In this document: piece after piece, positions 40,543-53,990 of the stretch
How positions within the stretch are numbered: position 1 is the stretch's first letter
Layout of the letters: every line of letters begins with the position of its first letter
Made by a program: the position numbers and the translations under genes
Origin: Octopus sinensis
Lineage: Eukaryota
NCBI RefSeq assembly: GCF_006345805.1
Contig: NC_042998.1
Span: 114,142,001-114,206,000, forward strand
Length of the DNA: 64,000 bases
Direction of reading: 5' to 3'
The notes under the pieces: generated by a model
What the model saw: the letters and a program-made list of their open reading frames with translations, nothing else
Database searches by the model: none
Told to the model about the DNA's origin: nothing

Positions 40543-41657
40543 TAGTCACATACATGCATACAAACGTACATATATATTTGTGTGTATTTACAAACACAAT
40601 AACACATTAACATCAACATTAATACATTATATCAGCTAAACTGACATCAGCAGCAGTATTAAGATTAAGCAGATGCTAAAGAAAAAAAAACGAATATAAA
40701 CGAAAAAGTTAAAGCCGAGAGTGATCTGAACAATAAAAAAATAAAATATATAATATCCATAGAATATTTAGAAATAAATAAATAAAAGCGAAAGTTATAA
40801 TAAACAAATAATGAAACAAGCAAACAAGCTCAGAAACAAAGAAATAAATAAACAAATATTAGAATTCTTCTCACGAGGCGAGAAAGATTGTTGGTTGGAA
40901 AAACATAGACGACTATTTCGTTGAAAAATGAAGAAAAATTCTTCAGTAGTAGTCAAAAAATAACTGAATGCAATGCGATAAGTATTTCATAGAAACACGA
41001 CAAGGAAATTTAAGTTTTTCACCAAAACCGTTAATATAAAACAAAAGTTTTCAATATTCATCTCATCTCATTTCTGATTTAATGAAAACTGAGAACAACG
41101 CGCGAAACGTATTGAAGAAATAATAATACAAAAAAAAAAGAAAATAATAACAATAATAAAAAGCTGAAAAAATTATGCAAAAGCGAAAAAGTAAAAAAAA
41201 CAAAACAATGAATAAATACATAATTCAAGACAAAGAAAAAATAGAGACAAAATCAACTTCAATGTTCCGTTGGAATTGATGAAGTTATTTGACAATCGTG
41301 ATGTATTTTCGCAGAGAAAAATTCCACAGATTAACAAACGCAACGTAAAGAATTCTAACGTCGAATGAAGTCTGTAAACATTAATATTCGATGCAACAGT
41401 AATGTTATATATTCATATTGCCAAACTATGACAAATTCGTGATGTTGAACATGATGATGGTGATGATGTGTGATAATATACTAATACGGTGTGTGCGGAC
41501 GTGTGTGTATGTGTGTGTGTGTATATATATATATATATTATATATATATAATATATATATAAAATATGTGTGTGTTTGTATATATATATACATACACATA
41601 CACACACACACACTGTAATATATATATGTGTGTGTGTGCGTGTGGTGTGGTGTGTGA

Positions 41658-41799
41658 AAAATAATATGTGACAATTATTCAGTAGCCAAGATAAAACTCT
41701 GAGTTTCGGATGCCGAGTGGAAATCCACAACACCATCTCTTCGGCATCCGAAACTCAGACTTTTATCTTGGCTATTGAATAATTGTTACATATTATTTT
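41658..41799. repeat. 142-bp fold-back (59-bp inverted arms, 24-nt spacer); MITE-like
   Basis: Arms 41658-41716 and 41741-41799 are reverse complements with 3 mismatches. Confidence 0.9.
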
Positions 41800-42164
41800 A
41801 CCGATAAATTTCCTCTATTTACACTAATATTGAGGTCTCTTTCTTTCTTTTTCTTTTGTTATCTTACCGTTTTTACCAATAATATATATATATATATATA
41901 TAATATAATATATATATAAATTATACTGACTGTTAGTAAATATATATTTTTTATATCTATTATGCATAAAATATGTATATATATATATATGTGTGTGTGT
42001 GTATGTGTGTACATATGTATTATTATACCCACACACACTACACATATACATTTGCATGCATAAACAGTCTCACGCATGCAAACATATGTACAAATAAAAA
42101 TTTTGTCCTAAACAACAAATTTCAGTATAATAAATAGAAATACGGTAGTGTATCACATATATAG

Positions 42165-42400
42165 TACAATCCTCTCTACCAGAGGTAGAAAGTCTGAATT
42201 TTAAGGGTGGGTGGTGGTTTCGGCGATGCTGGTCCAGTTGATTACATCGACTCAACTGGCACTTATTTCGTCAACCCTGAAAGTGCAAAAAGCTGAGTCG
42301 ATCTCGGCGAAATTTCAACCCAGAACATAAAAAGCATGAAGAAATGCTGTTCAGAAATTTTGTCCGGCGTGCTAAAGATTCTGCAGCTCACTGCCTTACA
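42165..42400 (-). mobile_element. SINE family 1 (diverged)
   Basis: CAACTGGCACTTATTTCGTCAACCCTGAAAG..TTTTGTCCGGCGTGCTAAAGATTCTGCAGCTCACTGCCTTA. Confidence 0.65.
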
Positions 42401-42419
42401 TATATGTTAGAAGATACAA

Positions 42420-43315
42420 AACTGGGATCAACTGAAATATCCGAGCGCTTAGTAGGCAAAATCACTTGCTACGAGTGTTTAAAGTTTAAAATGCAAGAAT
42501 CAGGGGAGATGCAGAATTTACATACAAAAGAAAAATCCCAGCTTATATGTACCCCATCTACAGCACCAATCTTAAGAAGTTTGCGAGTGAATATGACCGA
42601 GGCATTAATTGTGAACAGCAATTTGCGTTGGACAAGTCACATCTCTACAATTAAGACAGCTCAGGGTGTCTTCGCATCACTCAATAAGTCTTCGTCAGCC
42701 GCTCTGCAACTATCTATTTAAAGCTGTATATGGCTATGGGGAGTCCACACTTAGAGGCTGTATTACCAATCTGGAACCCCTATCTTGCTCAGGATATCCA
42801 TCTTCTGGAAACTGTTCAGAAACGTGTAACCTGACGACTACTCATCGTCAAGCATCAACCATACTCTGAACATCTTTTCCCTTGGTATGGACACATTAAA
42901 ACCCCGACGTCTGGCAACTGACTTGATATATACCTACAAGATTATTCACCATCTTTCCGACAACCTTGGGTACCTTTTTGAATTTCATATGTCGAATACT
43001 CATGGACATACTTACAAAATCAAAAACACTAACAAACAATACCTATAACTTTCGGAAACGTTCTTTCACGCTCAGAATTGCTGAAGCATGGAATAAATTA
43101 TCCGCATCACTTGTTAGCTGTCGGGACACTACATACTTCAAAACTTCCAAGCTTCCTGAAATTCGTCAACAGTGTACCCGATGCCCCTTTTTATTCTCTT
43201 TTTCTTTTTAACGAGCCATTCACTGTACACTTATTGTACATTATTCTATCTACTGTTAACGCACTTTTGGCACTGAGCACTGTACACAATAAGTTTCTAA
43301 TAATTATTATTATTA
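42420..43315 (+). mobile_element. CR1/L2-group LINE 3' fragment
   Basis: Broken frames: IVNSNLRWTSHI, LKLYMAM..PHLE..PIWNPYLAQDIHLLETVQKR, PRRLATDLIYTYKII, FTLRIAEAWNKL. The UTR ends in (TAT)n. Confidence 0.8.
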
Positions 43316-43484
43316 ATTGGGTATAATAATTCAAATAAGATCAGTCCGCACTGTTTAGAAATATTTAGACAGTCCAGACTAGACGGGAAACCGTTTGAAA
43401 GTAACCTTATAATAGAAATGGATATATTTAGGTCTTGTACTCATTGTACGAATTTTCTTCTCTACTAGCAACACTATGTCATCT

Positions 43485-43485
43485 C

Positions 43486-43583
<98 letters not shown>

Positions 43584-43610
43584 AATCTATCTATCTATCT
43601 ACCTATCAAT
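43485..43610. repeat. (TATC)n microsatellite
   Basis: Directly visible. Confidence 0.95.
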
Positions 43611-45014
43611 ATATCTCCGTATGGATAAGGAATGTCATCTATGAGAAGTTGTGATTATAGATCCAAGAATAGGTGTAGTAGAGTATGCAGGCATTATGTT
43701 CAAATGTTAAGTATGAAGTTGTTCTTATGTTGAGCAATGAAATTAAATTTTAGTATATTTCAAGAGTTTTAGCAGAGATTGAACTTGTTAACAAAATAGA
43801 GGTGTAAACCGAAGAAACGTATTTATATATAAAATGCTACAATTAACCGTCATTACTGATGGGACATAGTCAGAGAGTTAAACAGAAAGAGCTGCATTTA
43901 CTCCGTTACTAAATAAATCGTAACCATCGTTGTCGCTCTATTATTAACTGATATAATTAGTGATAATAATGAAACTGCTCCAAGTGTTAATCGAAACTGT
44001 GTCTTCTGTTCACTGCCAAGCCACGGTACTGTTATATCATAACACAAATTGTTAAATGATTTGATCACGGTAATTGACTCTCCTGGCTTACCTTCTGGAG
44101 TAAAAGGTGAGCATACCATGCTTGGAAATTGCACAGAAGATAAGAAAGTTTACAACAAGGCAATGGTGATAGTTGGACTAACAAACAGAATTAAAGATCT
44201 GAAACATACTCTATATATCCTCCAGAATATTTAAACTTTCTTTGATCGATCTATTTTCTGTTTGAAAGACATATGTTGTAAGTTGTGTTATCTAAACCAC
44301 TTCTGAATTATTTATATTTGGACAGAAACTTATCTTCGTTTCCGACTCAGTTGGGGCTTACGACGATTGCCAAACGATTGCCAAATTTTCTTTAATGTTT
44401 ATCCGTTGAGATAAGAACAATTTCCAATCGAATTGATGGAGAATTGTTTTGTTCTTTTTCTTTTAGTTTCCCCCCACTTGCACAGAGAAGAAGAATACAA
44501 TGCTTTTACTGTTTTATAAAAACTAAATAACTAACTAAATAAATATAGCTAAATTGCCTTGCCGCCAAAATCTACTGAGATCTCAGAGAATAATCAGTAA
44601 AAGGCAGGGATATTATCGAGTAGGTTTCACAATCTAAACTTCATATTTTATAAATAGCGAACCGTTGTACATCGTAGCAACCAACACCAATAACTGATAA
44701 TATATCAGTTAGAGTGATATTTATTCATTGGATGCAATTTGACATTTGGTGTTGATTTTGTTGTTGTTGTTTTTATATTTATCTATCAGAAGTCAGATGC
44801 AGTGCCACCACTGCTAATTTATCTAATAAATGTAGGTATTCGTCTCAATATATAGATTGGCATTTTTTCTGAATATTTATTTCTTCACTGCCTCTGGATA
44901 TGGGACCTAACTATACAAATGCCTTCATTATTTTGGTTCAAATTTATCCTCCCTATTTTCATTTTTGATTATCTGATAAGGATTAATATCTCCATTTAAA
45001 TAATTGGAAGCACA

Positions 45015-45676
45015 ACATTCTTCTTCTTCTTCTTCTTCTTCTTCTTTTCTTCTTCCTTCTCTTCTTCTTCTTCTTCTTCTTCTTCTTCTTCTTCTTCTTC
45101 TCTTCTTCTTCTCTTCTTCTTCTTCTTCTTCTTCTTCTTCTTCTTCTTCTTCTTCATATTATTATTATTATTATTTTTTATTTTATATTATTATTATTAT
45201 TATTATTATTATTATGAAGGTACCGGGCTGGCCAATTTATTAGCACGCTGGACAAAATACTAAGCGGCATTTCGTCCGTCTGAGTTCTGAGTTCAAATTC
45301 CGGACTGGGTGTCGTACAATTGACTTATCCACCCTACACCCCACCGAAATTGCTGGCCTTGTGCCAAAATTTGAAACCACTATGAAGGCGTTATCATGCG
45401 GGGCAAATACTCAGAGGCATTTCTTCTGGCTTTACGTTCTGAGTTCAAGTTCTGCTGAGGTCAACTTTGCATTTTGTTCTTTCGTGGGTCGATGAAATAA
45501 GAACCAGCAGAGCTGTGAGGCAAATTTAATCGAATAGCCCTGTCCCCAAATTTCAGACCCTGTGCCTATAGTCGAAAGGCTTATAACTATTATTGTTGCT
45601 GTTGTTGCTAGTATTAGTATCTGTAATAGAAGTAGTAGTAGTAGTCGTAGTAGTATAGTAGTAGTAGTAGTAGTAT

Positions 45677-45713
<37 letters not shown>

Positions 45714-46011
45714 GGTGGTGGTGTTAGTGATGGTTGTTGTGGTAGTGGTGTTAGTGATGGTGGTGTTAAAACCTTACAGATTGATTAAAAACACAAGAAG
45801 TGTAGGGAGCAGGTTACGTTAAGATGTATACAATGATGGCTTCGGATCTCGTTAGTGGCTAGTAGTAGTAGTAGTAGTGGTGGTGGTGGTGGTGGTGGTA
45901 GTATTAGCAGTGGTGATCATGTTAATGATTATGTGGTTGATAATGAATGTGATGGTAATGATTATGATGGTAAACCTCAAAATTGCCGGCGTCGTTTTCA
46001 TCATCATCATC

Positions 46012-46064
<53 letters not shown>

Positions 46065-46400
46065 TTCATTATTATCATCGGTCAACAAAGTTTTCCCCCA
46101 AAGACAGCCTGCTACCCAATATGTCAAAAACAAATGACATCTCTTCCATTCTTCTTTTCTTCTCTTCTTCTTCTTCTTCTTCTTCTTCTTCTTCTTCTTC
46201 TTCTTCTTCTTCTTCTCTTCTTGTCCACTCGTCCGATATATGAGAGCTGCCACGTCATCATCTCCTCTGCTCCTCCTCTCCTCCACTCCACTGCATCTGT
46301 CTTCCATGTTCTTCTTCTTCCTTCTTCTTCTTCTTTCTTCTTCTTCTTCTTTCGTCTTCTTCTCTTCATCATCATCATCATCATCATCTCCTTCTTCTTC
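45015..46400. repeat. microsatellite field (TTC, TTA, GTA, GTG, CAT) with two SINE-1 copies at about 45216-45590
   Basis: Directly visible. SINE motifs TTAGCACGCTGGACAAAAT and GTTCTGAGTTCAA. Confidence 0.85.
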
Positions 46401-47038
46401 TCTTTCCTCCTCTTCTCCCTCTTCCTCCCCTCCTTATCATCTACTTCTGACAGCTCTGTTTTTCCTCTCTCTTACACTCTCCTCTGTCACTCTCTTTCTC
46501 TATCCTTCTAGCAAGCTAACTCCCCCTCTCTGTTTGTTTGTCTGTCTGTCTCTGTCTGTCTGCCTACCTGTCTGCCTGTCTGCCTATCTGTCTTCCTCTA
46601 TCACTCTCTCTTTGTCTATCTGTCTCTCTCACTGTCTCTCCGACTTTCTCCTTCTCTCTCTCCCCCTCTCTCTCATACACACTCAGAAACTTTGTTTCTC
46701 ATAATAGCCGCATCTCCACCTCACATGCCCTCACTTATGTTGGCCTGATGTCAACATTATTAATGTCACCAGCACCACCAGCACCACCAGCACCACCACC
46801 ACTGGCGTTACGACTACTACCAATATAAATAACTACAGCGTCGTCTCCACTATCACCTCGGCCACTACCATGACCAACACTAGCAACCTCTAGCATCAAC
46901 AACAATAACAACATTAACAAGTTCACGCCAACGTGAGAATGACCACACGCTTAACACACAATGACCCTACAAATCAATGTGAGTGCCGATAAGTATATAC
47001 ATATATACATACTATATATATATATATATATATATAAT

Positions 47039-47805
47039 ATACTAAGCAATAAGGGTTTAGCAACGAGTTGCCTTACCACATACCGAATTTAGAAATAGCA
47101 GTCAAAGGGTTATAGCTATTTCTTCTACTAAAAAGGGAGATCTCAGTAAAAACAGCATTTGGAAGGCACAAACAGGTAAGAGAGAATGAATTGACTGCAA
47201 TCTATCATACATTTTTTTTAGTTATCCACGGACGTACGTTCGAAATCAAGTTTTAAGGCAAGCATACGAATTAAATATTAATATTAAATAATAAATAATT
47301 CTATCTTACCGACTTCTTTTCTCTTCAGCGTAGAATACTATAATCATAAATGATTATATATTGAATTTTGAGATACCAGAAGGCACCAACTCCACTCAGT
47401 ACAGAGCGAGCTAGAACCCGCAACTGGTATCACCGAATTCAATTTGTGAATGAAACGATTGTGTCAACAGCCCCTTCCCACCCGCGTGTAGCCAAAACAA
47501 GATGCTGTGGTCATCTACTGAGATAAAATATGGTTATCCGTAATAATGAAGGGTGAAATTAATTAATTTGGAAAAAATTATCAATTCACAAGTAGTCTTC
47601 GGCATGTAAAAGCCTCATTCGAGGAAAATTTAAGTAATACTAAGCAATAAGGGTTTAGCAACGAGTTGGCCTTACCACATACCGAATTTAGAAATAGCAG
47701 TCAAAGGGTTATAGCTATTTCTTCTTACTACTAAAAAGGGAGATCTCAGTAAAAACAGCATTTGGAAGGCACAAACAGGTAAGAGAGAATGAATTGACTG
47801 CAATC

Positions 47806-47808
<3 letters not shown>
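47039..47808. repeat. 770-bp unit bounded by approximately 170-bp direct repeats, inside a (TA)n tract
   Basis: 47039-47205 and 47637-47808 are identical apart from small indels. Confidence 0.9.
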
Positions 47809-47841
<33 letters not shown>

Positions 47842-47998
47842 CAAATACATATGCGTGTGGGTGTGCGTGTGTAAACAAGAAGGGAGGGGTAAGCAAATCC
47901 TTTTCTTACATCAATTTACAATTGTTTCATTGTAAGTCATTAAAATTTCACCACGCACCCAATGAAAATATCATTATATTGATATACACGCATATATA

Positions 47999-48051
<53 letters not shown>

Positions 48052-48125
48052 TGTTTGTGTGTGTGTCTATGTCTATATATATATATATGTATATATGTGT
48101 GTATGTATATATATAAACATGTATG

Positions 48126-48157
<32 letters not shown>

Positions 48158-48822
48158 GACAACAGCATATATGCGTGTGTATGTCCGTGTGTGTGTGTAT
48201 GTTATGCCTGTTTGTGTGTGTGTTTGTGTGCGTGTGTATGTGACAGTGCCTGTGTGCGTCTGTCTCTGTGCGTTTGTGTCAGTATATGTGTGTACGTGTG
48301 TATTTGGCGGTGTGTGTTTATACATAGATGCATATTTAGAAGCAAATAAACTGAGAGACCACACCGTCGTTACTACAAAATATGTGTTGAACGTTTTCGA
48401 CATTATCACTACAGCACTTAATCGTTTTGTTATATTTCAGCTTTAGCTGAGTAAAGTGCTTAACCTTGCACGTATTCATTTGCACTACGATCATACGGCC
48501 ATTCTTTCCATTACTTGAAGGGGCGGCAAATCATGTCATTCAGTATGACATTACTTGTCTTTCAATCAACTCAAAGAAAATAGTACGACCCAAGAGTTAG
48601 CACAAGTTCTTTTCACTCAGATGTTATATCCTGGAAGACCGCTGATTCAAATGTTTCAGGTTCGAGATTTTATGTATTTGGTGATAATTAAATACTTAAA
48701 ATAATTAGAAAACACTTTGCGAATTTATGCACGGACGCATTTGACGGTTTTAGTTTACTTTTTATTTCATTCCTATTTTTTTCCCACATGTTATTAGTTG
48801 CTATTATGATTATTTTGTATAA

Positions 48823-49040
48823 GGCGGCGAGCTGGCAGAATCGTTAGCACGCCGGGCAAAATTCTTTGCGGCTTTTCGTCCGTCTTTACGTTCAAATTCT
48901 GCTGAGGTCGACTTTACCTTCCATCCTTTCGAAGTCGATAAATTAAGTACCAGTCAAGTACTGAGGTCGATGTGATTGACTTATCCCACGCAGCAAAATC
49001 TCAGGCCTTGTGCTTATTGTAGAAAGGATTACTATTATTA
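48823..49040 (+). mobile_element. SINE family 1, well preserved
   Basis: GGCGGCGAGCTGGCAGAATCGTTAGCACGCCGGGCAAAAT..GTCGACTTTACCTTCCATCCTTTCGAAGTCGATAAATTAAGTACCAG..(ATT)n. Confidence 0.85.
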
Positions 49041-49114
49041 TTATGTATACCATACGCCCGAGTATTGTTTCCCAGACTCAACGCATGTGTGTTAATAGCG
49101 GTGTCCCATTCTGT

Positions 49115-49430
49115 GGAGAAGTCGTGTGGCTTAGTGGATAATGTATTTGGCTCACAATTTTAAGGTCGTGAGCTCGATTTCCGGCGGAGAATTGTGTCCG
49201 TCAGCAAATGAATTTATTTCTCGTTGTTCCAGTACAACCAGCTGGAAAAAGTGAGTTGTATCTGTGATTCAAAGGGCCCTGTGTCAGCTAAATCTCCCAA
49301 ATATGTACGTTAAGGTTACGTGTGTCCGAAGACTGATTAGCCATTTTCACATTAATTTTACGTGCCGTTTTCACTTTACTTGAACGTATCAACTAGAACA
49401 CTTATCGTCGTAACCGACGGGGAGACGTGT
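49115..49430 (+). mobile_element. diverged tRNA-derived SINE
   Basis: TGGCTTAGTGG A box and GAGCTCGATTTCC B-box-like motif. Confidence 0.5.
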
Positions 49431-49547
49431 CAGGCTCATTATGATCACAAGCAGGAGGCTAAAACAGGTAAACGAATACAAGTGAAAATATGTACGTTCG
49501 TACGTACGTACGTATGTATGTGCGTATGTATGTATGTATGTATCTAT

Positions 49548-49585
<38 letters not shown>

Positions 49586-49597
49586 GTCTATCTGTCT

Positions 49598-49706
49598 GAT
49601 CGGAATTCACCACCCCCTTTATTTTTCTCCTCTTCTTCTCAAAAAGAAAAGCTGTACTTTGCATTTTGTCGCTTCTGTGTTCAGCATTGCGTGGCCAATA
49701 AAGGAA
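49598..49706 (+). mobile_element. Tx1-like element, 3'UTR-only copy in (TATC)n
   Basis: AAAGAAAAGCT..GTGGCCAATAAAGGAA then (TCTA)n. Matches the ends of the next two copies. Confidence 0.7.
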
Positions 49707-49710
49707 TCTG

Positions 49711-49776
<66 letters not shown>

Positions 49777-49801
49777 ATCTATCTATCTATCTATCTATCT
49801 A

Positions 49802-49832
<31 letters not shown>

Positions 49833-49853
49833 GACTATCTATCATCATCTATC

Positions 49854-50682
49854 CAGGGCCCATGGACAACTTCCAGAGATCCCTGGCCTGGCAGTGCTAC
49901 CGAGAAGCGCTTACCCGTTCGGGATAAGCTCTACAGACACGGCTCGAGAAACACGGGGCCGACCTGCCCGAGATGCGGTCAGAGCGACGAAACCGTTCTG
50001 CACGCACTCGTTCAGTGTCCAACATTTCCGACCTGTGGGCTTACGTCGAACAACACTCTGTCACGTGTGGGACGAGTCGGTTTATCAGCTGAGTCTATCG
50101 TCAATATTGTCACGCCTCCTTCCTTCAAACGGGAAGGAAGATCTTTTTTCATCATCCTTGTGGCTATGGCGAAAGAATGTATCTGGTGGACGCGTCTGAA
50201 AGGATTGGAGACAAACACTTTCCTCTCTGGTCAATCTCTCATCAACTTCTTCAAGTACCACTTGAAAAGGAAAGTGAGAGTAGAGAGGCAAATTTTGTCT
50301 AGCGAATGTTTTAAAAAAAGATGGGTGAATGTAGCAAGAATGGCACGTATGAATGACGAAGCCACCTTGAGCATAGTCCTATGAACCCAGAAATCGAAAA
50401 CAGAGAGTTGCTTATTTGCAAAAAAAAAAAAAAAAAAGAAATATAAAATGTGACTTCATTGACCGAGGTTACCGTGGTCTTTTCGCAGGCTTTTCTTTCC
50501 ACGGGTAAACCTCACCTGTCCTCCCCTTTACACTTCATATTGACATTTCTGTGATAACGATCCCTATTGATCATTTATTTTTTCCTCTCCCCCCCTTTTT
50601 TTTTTTTTTTTTTTTTTAAACCCCCCTTATTTTTGTCCTCTTTCTCCCCTTTTACGATCCCTTTTGATCGAACCTCCCCCTT

Positions 50683-50716
<34 letters not shown>

Positions 50717-50788
50717 CCTTCAAAAGAAAAGCTCTACCTTGTAATTTGTTCTATCTGTGTGCAGCCCTGTGTGGCTAATAAAGAAACA
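49854..50788 (+). mobile_element. L1/Tx1-like element 3' end in (TATC)n
   Basis: ALPVRDKLYRHG..TCPRCGQSDETVLHALVQC (zf-RVT-like)..WWTRLKG. Stop at 50382-50384, AATAAA at 50777-50782, then (TATC)n. Confidence 0.8.
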
Positions 50789-50820
<32 letters not shown>

Positions 50821-50822
<2 letters not shown>

Positions 50823-51474
50823 GTATTTGGTGGACGCGTCTGAAAGGATTGGAGACAAACACTTTCCTCTCTGGTCAATCTCTCATCACCTTCTTCAAGT
50901 ACAACTTGAAAAGGAAAGTGAGAGTAGAGAGGCAAGTTTTGTCTAGCGAATGTTTTAAAAAAAGATGGGTGAATGTAGCAAGGATGGCACTTATGAATGA
51001 CGAAGCCACCTTGAGCATGATCCTATGAACCCAGAAATTGAAAACAGAGGGTTACCCACTTGCAAACAAATGTGGTAACATATAACAATATTGACCAAGG
51101 TTACCGTGGTCTTTATCGTAGGCTTTTCTTCTCACGGATAAACCTTACTCTTTCCCCTTACACCATATATCATAACACTGTGATACACGATCCCTATTGA
51201 TCGTTTCTTTTTTTTGCCTCTTCTCCTTTTTTTTTTTCCCCTTTTTTCTTCTTTTTCATTTCTTTTCTTTGTTCCTTTTCCTTTTCTTTTTTTCTTTTTA
51301 TTCTTTTTATTTTTTTTTTATTTATATTTATTATTTTTTGTTCTTTTCTTCCTTTTTACGATCCTCTTGATCGAAAACCTACGCCACCTCTTTTTTTTTT
51401 CATCCCCCAAAGAAAGCTCTACCTTGTAACTTGTCCCATCTGTGTGCAGCCCTTTGGTGGCCAATAAAGAAACT
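50821..51474 (+). mobile_element. L1/Tx1-like element 3' end, shorter copy in (TATC)n
   Basis: CIWWTRLKGLETNTFLSGQSL.. is nearly identical to the previous copy. Stop at 51026-51028, AATAAA at 51463-51468, then (TATC)n. Confidence 0.8.
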
Positions 51475-51480
51475 TATCTG

Positions 51481-51528
<48 letters not shown>

Positions 51529-51531
51529 CTC

Positions 51532-51580
<49 letters not shown>

Positions 51581-51769
51581 GTCAGCTGTTCTGTCTGACT
51601 CTTTCTCTCACTTTTTTTCTTTCTCTCTCTCTCCTTATAATTCTAAATGTATTTTATTCCGTGTTTCCTTACAGAGTGGTAATGCTTAAATCAGTTGTTT
51701 TATTTATCAGAGACAACTGATGAGAAGATAGGTATGTAAATATACATACATACATACATACATACATAA

Positions 51770-51805
<36 letters not shown>

Positions 51806-52249
51806 ATATGTACGTATATATGTATATATGTATGTATGTATATGACAGCGTATATGTACGAATGCGCCCTATATGCTTGTGTTAAAGGAGGGGAGGGCTA
51901 TCTTCGTGACTATGATTGGTGCCATCTTGACGATGTATATGTCAATATGTACTCAATGCCAAACGTAATTCTAATTTCACATAACACCAACAACTAAACC
52001 GCACATTTTCACCACACGAATAATATAATATATATATACATATATATATATATTATATATATATATATTATATATAATATATATATATAGAGAGAGAGCG
52101 AGAGAGAGAGTGAGAGAGAGATAGAGAGTGGAGAGAGAGAAAAGCACTGAGAGAGAAAGATAGAGGCATAAATAATTAGGTAGATACATGTGTATGTATC
52201 TATCTATCAATCTTTCAATCTATCTTCCTGCCTGCCTGTCAGTCTGTCG

Positions 52250-52281
<32 letters not shown>

Positions 52282-52487
52282 ATATATATATATTTAGACA
52301 CACACACACTTATAGATATCTATCTGCCTATCTACGTATCTATGTATCTATATATATGCATATATCGCTTTTATGTATATACATATACATATATATATAT
52401 ATATTATATATATATTATATATATATATATAATATATATATATATCTATGTATATATATATATATATATATATATAGTATATATATA

Positions 52488-52519
<32 letters not shown>

Positions 52520-53207
52520 GTATATATACATATCAATGCGGGAGTAGATACACACACAGACCCATACACAACATGACTGTGAGCGTGCGTTTGTGTGTCT
52601 GTTTGGCGGGAGTGTGCGGTTTAGTCGGTTCGTTGTTTACGTGGACATTACAATTAAGTTTGACATTGTGTACATATTTACATATAGATACACACTCACC
52701 AAAGGTGTCACAAATCATTATCACGAATGTACACCTCCCCACCTTTATCAAATACGCACACGCATATACACATACACACATACTTACACGTACTCACACA
52801 AACACAATGCAAACACACACACACACACTCACACAAATACTTACACGCAGACACACAAACACACACTAACAAAAGCAAACATATGCTCGAATAAGTATGT
52901 ACTTTTAGCAACCGTTTTTGTATAATTATAGGTGTAGATCTGTGTGTTCGTGCGTGCGTGTGTTCGTGCGTGCGTGTGTATGTGTGTGTGTGTTTGCGTA
53001 TGTGTATCTGTTTGCATGTTACTCTCTTACTTTCTCTCCCTCACTCCCTCTCCCTCACTCCCTCTCCCTCACTCCCTCTCATAGATAAAATATGTGTGTA
53101 ATATATATATTATTATATATATATATATATGTATATATATATACACACATACATATACATATACGTAGATAAAAGTGTGTGTGTGTGTATGTGTATATAT
53201 ATATATG

Positions 53208-53240
<33 letters not shown>

Positions 53241-53758
53241 GTATGTCTGTTTATATATGTATATGTGCATACTCACACATATATACGTATACATATATAT
53301 ATATATATATACATAGATGTTTATATACAGATGCACATATACATACATGCATACGCTCAAATACACACACGCACACACACACACACACTCATATATATAT
53401 ATATATACATATATACTGAAACATATACGCGCGTACAGATTCCCTCACTCAGACGGAAACATATGCAGACACGTCCATACATCACATTATAAACATGACT
53501 GTTCACATGCAATTGGCCTATCGTATGTGCAATTGTCTTCCTATGTGATGACATATCAAGAATGCTCAGTACAGCTGTATTGGCTTTCAACAGACTTCAG
53601 CTCTCCCCGTGGTATTAGAAGAGGACGTGTCAGAACCGAACTCTATTTACTTAGTTCGACACATCGTTATATTCGCTCTTGACTGGACTGGGTGGTGCGG
53701 GGAAAACGAAAGAGGAGGAAATTGTGACAAAGAGAGGAGTGACAGAGTATCTATGTGC

Positions 53759-53820
<62 letters not shown>

Positions 53821-53932
53821 ATGTGTGTGAGTGTGAGTGAGTGCACTTACATATAACAGGAGTATAAATGAGAGTGAAGCTGTGATGTAGGATGGAGACC
53901 ATGGGAAAGTGAATGAAAGAATCAATAATATA

Positions 53933-53990
<58 letters not shown>

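Noticed and set aside
44049-44234. ITVIDSPG resembling a GIMAP/AIG1 G3 motif
   Set aside because: No G1 motif, an upstream in-frame stop, and overlapping splice-like signals on both strands; chance level.
49362-50384. 340-aa ORF, the longest in the track
   Set aside because: It is a chimera of unique and microsatellite read-through with the Tx1-like C-terminus, and changes real frame midway.
51675-51731. Plus-strand exon-like segment with strong splice sites
   Set aside because: Stops in all frames from the main acceptor and no supporting neighbours.
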